NCBI GenBank assembly: GCA_043228905.1
Contig: JBHGNT010000003.1
Location: forward strand, 21,452,001 to 21,516,000
Reading direction: 5' to 3'
Length of the DNA stretch: 64,000 bases
Source of the DNA: Azolla caroliniana
Lineage: Eukaryota; Plantae; Polypodiophyta
Part shown: piece after piece, positions 41,273 to 51,134 of the stretch
How positions within the stretch are numbered: the stretch's first letter is position 1
Layout of the letters: each line of letters starts with the position of its first letter
The notes under the pieces: model-generated
The model's database searches: none
What the model saw: only the letters and a program-made list of their open reading frames with translations
What the model was told of the DNA's origin: nothing
Made by a program: the position numbers and the translations under genes

Positions 41273-42306
41273 TTTTTACAATATAAGGCCTCAAGGTGAC
41301 AATAAGTTTTTGTGAGCTTTGTAGATATTTTTTTAAAGATTCTGGCCCACAAGATTCCTTTACTAGTCGATCTTCAGAAAGGTACACTTTACGTACCCCC
41401 TTCGAGCACTCTATCATTACAAGAATGTTGGCTGAATCTGAATCTTCGTAGTCAAATTGTAGAATACGGCCATACATAAATGCGGTGTCATTTTCAAGCT
41501 AACCGTCGCCCTTCTTCTTTGCTGTATAAAGCACGACTTTTTTCTTGGAGTCGACGTATTGCATACACCATTCCTTGTCCCTTAGATCACAATCAACAAG
41601 GTCCTCACCACCAGTAGATGCTAACATTTTCTTTTGGCTGACATCATCGGATGGTTGAGATTTTGTCTCCTCGTTGAAGAGAAGCTTTTTTCCTCTCTTC
41701 ATGTTCCGAGGAACTATTAGTTTCTGGGTCTCAATTGGAGAGCCTTGAATCCAGAGCTTTATTTTCTTCACAGGTCGGTCTGGCAAGTTCTCAAACGACC
41801 TATTTAAGAAAGGACGTGTGAAAATATAAGTTAGGTGGTTGCCTACATTAAGGTTGTATATTAAAATATACATAAGTAGATCAAGACAAAAACTAATAGG
41901 CGATTTGTGCTAAACTATAAATATCAATCATACTTTGAGTGAACATGATAGTCCTTTATTCGGAATTTAAATCTAGTAAGGGCTATTCAACTTCGAAAAT
42001 TATATATCTTAATAATTATACAAGGATATGTATCATATTGAAGGGTAGGTATGACTTATATTGATTCCATATCCATATTGTAGAGAATTTTAATACGACA
42101 GACTTAAATTTGGTATCATAAAGGTAATTCATGGGTTATTTTCTATTATTTTAAGCTATTATAGGTCATAAAACCTTTTTAAGTAAGGCTGCTAGTTGTT
42201 ACAAAATATAGCAAATGTCACTAAAAAAGTCTGAATTGGACATAAATTTGGTATCTTTTCACACATATACTATTTTGTTCCCCCAAAGACACAATATTCC
42301 TTTTTA

Positions 42307-43004
42307 GCGTGCGTGTAGAATAAGGCGGGACCACGAGGGTCTTGGACTAGGGAGTAGATGAGAAGACGGGCATGAGCAAAGTGGAAGAGATTAACACGGT
42401 AAAGAAAGTAGAAAGAGACAAGATTTAAGAAGTTACGTATATTATGGCATGAAAGTCTCAATGCGATTACAACCGTGGCCGCGTGGGCCAGACTCAAGAC
42501 ATAAGTAGAATGTAAACCCTACTAGGATAAGTAAAGAAAGAAATGAAGAAACCCTAAACTGAATAGATACTCTTGACCTAAGTGGTATACCTTTCCTTAC
42601 TCAAAATAGGCAACCCCTCAATGATGCCCCTTCCTCTCCTTTTATAGCATAAGGAGAGGAAGTCGTTACAAAAAAGAGAGACTAAATATCCCCTTCATTC
42701 AATGGGGGATATTTACTTAGATTCTTGGAAGAGGGATTGATGGGGCCTTAACTCCCACTCCTCGCACATACTACTATGCCCATTACTCACCTCGTACTCC
42801 TATGTACCCCTCTCTTTCTCATGTGGATGTGCACGTAAGTGCACATCACATTTACATTTTAGGAATCTTGTGGTGCATTTCTTACAATTTACATTTGTTC
42901 TTATTAATATTTTACAAATACATCATGTGCGTGTGCAACGTTGCACACCCCGGTTTTGCTCACTCCGCTCGGTTTTCTCCCTATGGAAGAAAATCTTCAC
43001 GACA
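42307..43004 (-). mobile_element. solo LTR homologous to the 49793-50520 LTR, inside the intron above
   Basis: rc begins TGTCGTGAAGATTTT; shares TGCAACGTTGCAC, GGGAGTTAAGGCCCCATCAATC, AAATATCCCC..GGGGATATTT and GTCCAAGACC..GTGGTCCCGCC blocks; ~15 bp missing at one end. Confidence 0.85.
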
Positions 43005-43008
43005 ATGC

Positions 43009-43250
43009 CGTATCGAGTTACTGTATAAAACACAAAATTTAAACAGGAACTTCGCCGTATCGAGTTCTTGTATGAAACACAAAATTTAAACAAGACCTCG
43101 ATACGGCGTATCGAGTTCCTGTGTAAAACACAAACTTTAAACAGGAACTCGAAACACAAAATTTAAACAGGAACTCGATACGGCGTATTGAATTCCTGTA
43201 TAAAAGACAAACTTTAAACTAGAACTCGATATGGTGTATTGAGTTCTTGA
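43009..43250. repeat. tandem array of ~5 self-complementary ~51-bp units
   Basis: unit CGTATCGAGTTCCTGT-N~17-ACAGGAACTCGATACG-G. Confidence 0.88.
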
Positions 43251-44281
43251 GTGCTAAAACATATTTACAAAAATGTCCGGACTGCCAGGCGCTTACCTGG
43301 ATTCTTGGCACTCAATTTTCTTCGAAGACATGATTCATGTTGTCGATGCTTAGGGGGAGATGACAATTTGGTGTTGCGTGCTATGGGCTCTTTGTGCTTT
43401 GTCTGCTCTGTGTTCTCGTGTGCTTTGTTCTGCGTGTGTGCTTCGTGTGATTGAGATACGAGGAGGTCTTCCTATTTATAGGGATTGACCACAGTGGTTG
43501 TAGTAACCACAATCATTTTAACCAGGGTTGGCAAGCTTAAGGTTAGTTAGTTAGACCTAAGAAAGAGTTACTTTATTTAGTACATAATCTGGAATGTACC
43601 AATCACTCTCTAATGGATTTGAATTAAATGATGCTTATGAATGCATCAATGATGAAATACTCAAACTAACATATTAATGATTATTTTATAGTCAAACTAA
43701 CATACAATGACTATGCATGTCATGAAGGAAACAATTATAGAGGTTCATGAATGAACCAATGATTGAATACTCAAAGCAACATTTTTATGACTCTCAAATG
43801 CTTTGTATAAAAGATATGGCCATGAATAAACGAATGATTGAAAAGGCTTATATTTAAAATGATGGGCATGAATGAACCAATGATTGAGAAGTTCTATATT
43901 AAATATGGGTGCCATTAATTAACCAATGATTTTAACTTTAAACCAACATATATATGGCTTGATAATGATTGTAATTATATTATACTTCATGGGTAAAGTA
44001 AATTTAATTTAAATTATATATTATAGGATTAATAAGGTATAAAATATAATTGATTCAACTTTATACTGACTAGTTTAAGTAATTATTAATATGTTGAATA
44101 AAATTATTATATTAAAAATAATATCTTTATTTATTGTATTAATATAATATTAAATAATATAGACATTATATTGAGGGAGCTTCTGTTTAGAGAGGAGTTT
44201 ATGTTTAGAGAGGGGAGGAGCTTATCAGTTTTTTATATTAGCCCAAGGACAACTTAAAGAGCTTTGTGTGGATCTTAAGCC

Positions 44282-47035
44282 ATGAGTGAAGACTCACCGT
44301 TCTCGATTGAAGAATATTGTTTGTCATCAGACTCTTCATTTTCTACCAAAGAGTATTGTCTATCGACAAACTCACCATTTTCTATCGAAGAATATTGTCT
44401 GTCGATAAACTCACCCATTTCTATCGAAGAGTATTGTCTGAGCTCATCTTCACCTACAACATATGTGAAGAGTTCTCTATTGAAGAATATGATATTAATA
44501 AAGATACAACGAATGAAGGTAGTGCCAATGAAACATCAAATATAATGGGCGATGGTCACAACAAAGAATTGGATTATAACAAGGATACACCAACTTCTAT
44601 GCAGGAAGAGAAATCTGGAAGCCCTATGCATATTAGAAGAATCCCACGTAGAATTCATCTGGCCAGATTTAACTTGGTGACATCAGATAAGCAGATTGGA
44701 TTTGATGTCAACAAAATATGTTGTGCCTGTGGTTGTATGTCTATGATTGGAAAATCAAAGTTGCGAGAATGAAGGCGATACTATTTTTCGATGACTAGTG
44801 ATGAGCAAGACACTTACCTCGGGTCACATATGCAACTAGTGTCTGACAAATGTATGGGGATCAAAGTATCATTCGAGTATTGTATCTTCCATGTGCAACA
44901 GATATGTAGAGTTGCATTCAAAATTGTGTTATGTGTTAGTAACATGTTGATACATAGAGTACAACAACGTCTACTTAGCGAGGATCAGATGCTCAATTGT
45001 AAAGAGGTTCCAAGTATGAAAGGTGCAATTGGAAGACATGCTCTTGGTTGGATGAAAAGTTACTTTCAGTTAAATTCTGAAGTAATGCCCACTACCGTTA
45101 GGATGCACCTCTCTGATAATTACACACGTTGGGAAGTTTATGATGTCTATCGATCTGATATGGTGGGCTCTATTTAATAAATTTGTCACATATAGCCAAT
45201 TCACAAGATTATGGAGAACTCGGTTTTCAAATGTTATCATTCCACGTAAAGTATGCATGGGGTATTGCTCCATTTGTGCAAATCTTAAAAGTTTGGCTAA
45301 AGGTGCAAAGACATCAATGGAAAAGGATATGAGTAAGAAGTTATTATAGGAGCATTGTGAGGCACAATCGTTAGAACGAAAGAAGGTGATGCATCATAGA
45401 GAGAAGTGTTTGAAGAGGCCCGAAAAATACATGTGCTTAATGATAGATGGCATGGACTAGAAGAAGACGTGCTTGCCGCATATGCGGAGGCTCCCCAAAG
45501 ACGTCAATGATGAGTGCCTTGTTCAAATGCACTTGGTGGAATGCTTGGCTTATAATAGGTCAGTTGACCTCACGTCTTCATTACAATGACCCTAACCTAA
45601 CAATTACAGTGATTCATCGTGTTTTGATGTCTTGGGGCCAATCGTTCCCCCCTGTTCTATACATTCAATTGGACAATACTGCTAGAGAGAACAAAAATTG
45701 AACTGTGTTTGGCTATCTAAGTATGTTGGTCAACCAAGGATTGTTTAGAAAAGTGAAAGTCAATTTTCTTTTGGTTGGCCACACACATGATCATATAGAT
45801 CAGATGTTTAGCACATTCTCCAGACAGTTGTCCCGGCATGATGCTTTCACATTACCAAAACTATTTGATGTCATTTGTGATGCATATACACCACGCCCAA
45901 AAGTGTTACACTTGAAGGAGGTATATGACTTTAAGAGATATATATCAGATGGGGGTGTTGGGAATGCTAAAGTGCTCGCCTAGTTAAACAATATAAGCTT
46001 CAATCACATTTTTATGATAAAGAAAAATGAAATAAGTGGTTCTATGCTTTTGTATGCTAAACAATATTCATCTTCTACAACATGGGAACTTGAAGGTAGT
46101 TGCCAATTATTACTTTGTATGCCGACTACAATTGTCCATGGAGCTAAACAAATGCCAATTGAGAAGAAAGGACAGTTGCATAGTGACTTGGTATCGGAAC
46201 AAAAATTGTTATGGCTCCAAGCCTTAGAAGAAAAAAGAAAGCATATTGAGGCGCTAACAAATATGCTGCACAACAAGACACGTCATGGTGGGATGTATTT
46301 TTTAGTGATCAGAAAGGAATTATAGACAATTGTGTATTTGGTGATAATTGGAATTTGGAAACGCCATTCACATGGTCGCTACAACATGATCATGTAAATA
46401 AAACTCCAGGGCAACTAGCAAATGCGATTAATGACAGTTTGGTCAATCCACAACAAAGAGACATTTATGTGGGACCAAGGATGACCAAAGCAGCCGAAGC
46501 TAGATGGCAAGGCAATTTGCAAGAGCTCGCGGCGGGGATGTTGATTGCAACGCCGGCTGATGAGAACTCACATGGCCACCAATTTTGGGTTGGTAAAATT
46601 CTAGAAGTGCTAATGCATGAAATAGAAAACACGATCAAGTCTATAAACGTTCATTGGTACAACACTAGAAGTGCAAATGCTTTTACAGGTAAGGATACAT
46701 TGGAGATGATTGAATGCCCAACGACAAGGGGAGGTAGGAAGAGGAAGCGAAACATTCATAACATCTTGACCCTTGATATCTCTGATGTGGATATCATTGT
46801 GTACGACTTCACGCTTACAAAAGCCGAACGATTAAGGAAGTCAACAATAGATATAATAAAAGAAAAATTACCAGGTCTACAAGGTGGCTCGAGGTGAAGG
46901 CAAACGAGATCTGCTACATATAATCTAGAGTCAAACCATTTAGTTTATGACGAAGATAATGCACTGATTGGTACATTCGAGGATGACGAGGAGGAATCGT
47001 CATTGTATATTAGTTATAGTAGTAATTCTCCGTAA
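44282..47035 (+). pseudogene. DDE-type transposase (DUF7869 / Sola-like), fragmented
   Basis: motifs MIDGMD*KKTCLP, LYIQLDNTARENKN, KVNFLLVGHTHDHIDQMFS; Cys motifs CCACGC and CSICANLK; several stops and frameshifts; no TIR identified. Confidence 0.75.
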
Positions 47036-47429
47036 AGGAGTGATAAAGAATGCATTTTTGGCTATTGAGTGTAACTACATTCCGCTTGTAACAAATCGAG
47101 TAATATAAAAGCATGTGTTTTGAATTCTTATGATTTCTAAAAAATCGTTTCTTATAAAATAACATTGGTTGTAAAGTTTCTAATATAAATTGAGAATGTA
47201 ACTTTTTGAAATTCCTCTTCTTCTTCTTTTTTCTAAATCACGAAAATAGTGGATTTAAAACCTTTTTCATAGTATATTTGAACATGTATGGTACTGGTAT
47301 TAATGTGTTTTGTAAAATCATTGAAAAAGTACTAAAATCAATCAAAATATTCCTTATCCTTCCATTTATGCGCGATCCTTCCACTTGTGAACGCGAATGT
47401 GTTTACTATAATTATAATAGAAGTGATAG

Positions 47430-47810
47430 TAGTAGGGACTACATTTGTAAATAACCCATATGGTGTATAGGTATAAATACAGTTAGGGCAAAACTTTAGT
47501 TGTGTAGAACTGAGTGTAGAATACAATGAAGCGTTGTGCAGAGCGAGAGTGAGTGAGAGAGAGCGGTGGTAGAGTTCAGCGAACTTGCCAAGAACCCTAA
47601 GTGGTTATCCTTTGAGTTTCAGAGAAGAGTTGTAACCATTTTCTTGTATTCTCTGTTGTGTAGTGGATCTCTATTTCCTGTGGTTTTCCCCGTTTAGGGT
47701 TTCCACATAAAAACTGTGTACACAGTGTATTTGTCCATTTGTTGTTCTCTGTTTCAGAGATGTATAATTTTTTATATATCTTCCAGATTGAGAGATTTAC
47801 GATCCCATCA
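47430..47810 (+). mobile_element. 5'-truncated LTR of copia type
   Basis: shares GG.CTA.ATTTGTAAATA.CC and GGTTTTCCC..TT.GGGTTT.CCAC blocks with solo LTR 13951-14576; ends ...CCCATCA. Confidence 0.55.
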
Positions 47811-48082
47811 CTACAATTATGGCTGTCACAAGAGAAATACGTGACAATGGTGTTCCAGAGATTCAACATGCAAAATGCGAAACTAGTCGGCTCGACACTG
47901 CCGAGAAACTGTAAATTCAGTAAAAGTGAATGTCTGAAGACAAAAATAGAGGAAGCTGCGATGAACAAGATATTGTACGCCTCAGCAGTCGGAAGCCTAA
48001 TGTACGCGATGGTGTGTACAAGGCCGGACATTTCCTATGTTGTCAGAATGGTCAGCTGATTCATGAGCAACCTTGGAAAGGA

Positions 48083-49582
48083 TAAGGATAAGCAATAGAT
48101 CTAGATAGAGAGGAAAGAGAGAAACAAGGGTGCCGATCCACCCGATCACCCCCAAGCAAAGGGATTGAGACGGACTCGAGCCTCAATCGGCGTCCCATAC
48201 CACTGCCGTGGCGTCGAGTCGTTTTGGTGCTGGCGCGCTCGCTACAAGAGTTGAACAACCGAGAAACAGAGTCTTGACGTTGTCATAGTGTAATTCGCAC
48301 ACTACGTGAAAAATTACATTTTTGGTTTCTCCGGAGTACCCAGTGAGAACCGGAAGGAAGAACCGGTGAGGAACGAAACCGGTAACGAGACCTGGCAAGA
48401 GCCGGATGAAGAAGGCCGGTGAGAGTCGGTGAGAAACGGACGAAGAGGACCGATAAGGAGGATCCGATAAGAACCGGATAAAGAAAACCGGCGAGAACCG
48501 GATGAAGCAAAACCGGCAAGAGCCGGATGAAGAAGGCCGGTGAGAGTCTCTCACCAGATGAAGAGACATGTTTGTAAATAGAAGAAAGTATAAAATTATA
48601 TATTACATGCATAGGGCAAGATTCAAACCTTGCACCTCCATGTTAATAATGTTAAGCCTTATCATTATACTAGCGTATTATGAATTTTTAAGTTATACTA
48701 AACTTTATCCCATGTAAATATTCTAGACATGCATGGTACAAAAAGTTATTCATGCATAAACACTCGAGTTAAAAGAAAAGATGAGATAGAAAGCTAATCA
48801 TGCACATGCAGTGTGCATGAAAACTAAAGATAGGAAAAGCATGATGCTTGCATGTGATAAACTTACACTCTTCCAACACTATATAAGGAAGAGAGAAAGA
48901 TGTATAGAGGTTGTTGATTATTTTACAAGGGTTGATTAATATAATATAATCGTGGGATCCACGAATTTGCTAACTATTTTTCTCTCTTAATTTGAGTACT
49001 CACGAATACACTATACTCGTGGGATTCACGAGTTTTTCATATCTTTCTTTCTTACAATATATTTCATATTCTTAATTGCCTTAGAATTTTCTTTCCTCCT
49101 AGTCCAAAACCCCAGCGGTTCCCACCCGACTCACGCAACGATCCGGAGCCGAAAGGCACGACAACATAGTCAAAAAGATGATGAAATGAGGGTAGCTAGG
49201 CCTCTTATTTATATCGATACCCAAGGCCCCCAGGCAAGTTCACACTTGGCCTAATGGGTTGTCTCAATCCTAAGGATTAAAAGTAATCCTCCCCTTCTTT
49301 ACACTCTCGTTTAACCCTCACAACTATCCACGTGTATAGAATACTACGGTAAATTCTCACCACGGGATATTATATGGTCATGCCCGTAACATACTCCCCC
49401 TCTTTAAAACACAACACTCTTGTAATAGAAAGTAATGGAAGTTAGATCTGAGAGAATTTTCGCGTTCCCATGTGGCATCTTTTATTGATTTATCCATCCA
49501 CGCATGACCATATAATATCCTGTGGTGAGAATTTACTATAGTATTCTATACACGTGGACATTATATGGTCATGCCCGTAACA
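48083..49582 (-). mobile_element. rearranged LTR-element remnant inserted in the copia RT
   Basis: PPT rc of TACTCCCCCTC (49392-49402) then LTR start TGTTACGGGCATGACC at 49391; second copy of this terminus at 49560-49582. Confidence 0.6.
48281..49162. mobile_element. nested solo LTR with GAACCGG-rich repeats
   Basis: TGTCAT...ACGACA termini; 4-bp flanks ACGT/ACAT. Confidence 0.55.
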
Positions 49583-49973
49583 GGAACATTGGACGACAAT
49601 CAAATGTATAGTTTGGTACCTGAGAGGCACCTCGAGCGTATGTCTCCGATTCGGCTCAGGTAACCCCACACTAGAAGGTTATACTTATTCAGACATGTCG
49701 ACTGATGCGGATACTAGCCGATCTACGTCCACATATGTGATGACCTATGTAGGGGGAGCTGTTGCGTGGCAGTCGAGGCTACAGAAGACCGTTGTCGTGA
49801 AGATTTTCGTCCACGAGCGGAAACCCGAGCAACGAGAGCCAAAGAGCAATGTGCAACGTTGCACACGTACATAATGTATTTGTAATAATAATAGGGGAAA
49901 AGGGTATGGTGCTAGAAATGCCCCATAAGATCCCTAAGGTATAAAGGCGATGTGGTCTTTTGCGCACATCCAC

Positions 49974-50007
<34 letters not shown>

Positions 50008-50524
50008 CTATGCGGTACATAGGTACCTAGTTGTTTGTGAGGAGGTGGGAGTTAAGGGGCCATCAATCTCACCCTCCCCAAATCAAGGCAAATATCCCCT
50101 TTGAATGAAAGGGGATATTTTAGTCTCGTTTTTGTAAACGGTCTTCCCTCCTTGTGCTATAAAAGGAGAGGGAAGGCACCATTGTGAGGGTTGCCTATTT
50201 TGAGTGTGCGAGGTATACCACATAGGTCGAGCGTTAGGGTTAGGGTTTCTTGATCTTTATCTTCATCTTCGTCGGTTAGGGTTATGAGTAGTCGTTTGGT
50301 GCGGCCTATGCGGCCACCATTTTGTAATCGTTCATTTCGTTTTAATACATCTCGTTGATCATCTTGTTTCCATCTTCCTCTTGTTCGACCTAATCTCTTG
50401 TTCATTCTTCTTCTTCTTGAGCAAAGCTTCCATTCCGTGTCCGATTCCTTCTCCTCTACTCCTTAGTCCAAGACCCCCGTGGTCCCGCCCTTCTCCACGC
50501 ACGCGCGTAGCAACGCGACATATT

Positions 50525-50542
50525 TGGTGAACCCGACGTGAA
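50525..50542 (+). other. primer-binding site complementary to tRNA-Trp(CCA) 3' end
   Basis: TGGTGAACCCGACGTGAA is the reverse complement of plant cytosolic tRNA-Trp ...TTCACGTCGGGTTCA-CCA (recalled sequence). Confidence 0.85.
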
Positions 50543-51134
50543 GAGGCGGCAAGGGAGGAAGGAGATGGAAGACGGAGACATCGCGGAAGTAATTACGAGA
50601 ATGGCAAGGGATTTCGCAAGAAGGAGAGAAAGACGGGAAGAGGCGTACAAGTACGATCGACGCGAGTTCGATCTATGGGTGTCGTCGGCAAAGGCTCCTC
50701 GAAGCGCAATGAAGGCATTCCGGGAGTTCGATCTCCGGTTTTCCCAACTTTCGGTCCGGGATCAAGAATCGGTGGGAGCGGACAAGGTCCCACTATTCTT
50801 GAAGTCAGTCAACAAAAGGGGGAGAATGGCCATTTTTCCCTACCTCGAAGACAATGAAGGGGCGTACGGCCTCACCGAAGATTGGAACGAGGTGGAATGG
50901 GCGTGCATACAATGCGATGAGAGGCGATCGGCCACAACGCGGCCCACGAGCGGCGGAGAAGAGGGAGCGGCGACCGACTACGCACTACCGCCGGAAGAGA
51001 GCTCAACGCAAATCGGTTTGGAGGAGCTCGACATCGAAGCCTTGGTGCGGGAAGCGTACGAGATCATAGAGGCACAAATCGAAGCCGAAGAAGGGCTTAT
51101 TGCGGAGCCGGGGCCGAGCGGATCGGAGGATTAG
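50538..51134 (+). CDS. gag-derived ORF of the non-autonomous element
   Basis: FLKSVNKRGR...GLTEDWNEVEWAC..CDERR aligns with KSVNERDR...GLTTDWAAVKRVC..FDKRR of gag at 63621-63944. Confidence 0.65.
   Translation: MKRRQGRKEMEDGDIAEVITRMARDFARRRERREEAYKYDRREFDLWVSSAKAPRSAMKAFREFDLRFSQLSVRDQESVGADKVPLFLKSVNKRGRMAIFPYLEDNEGAYGLTEDWNEVEWACIQCDERRSATTRPTSGGEEGAATDYALPPEESSTQIGLEELDIEALVREAYEIIEAQIEAEEGLIAEPGPSGSED

Larger units (their letters stand above)
41273..43331 (-). pseudogene. spliced gene of unknown function, divergent from the transposase; one in-frame stop, 3' end lost
   Basis: TATA (rc CCTATAAATAGG ~43471-43482); exon 1 43331-43297 MSSKKIECQES+AG|GTAAGC; acceptor TAG| at 41800; exon 2 from 41799 in matching phase (R-SFENLPDRPVKKIKL...), reading through one TAG at 41499-41501. 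Confidence 0.65.

Noticed and set aside
43009-43250. CRISPR array
   Set aside because: Loops are near-identical, with no unique spacers
47300-47440. TIR of the DUF7869-like transposon
   Set aside because: No complementary partner found; both ends appear truncated by neighbouring LTR elements
50231-50250. telomeric TTAGGG repeats
   Set aside because: Only 2-3 units inside an LTR (telo-box-like), not a telomere array
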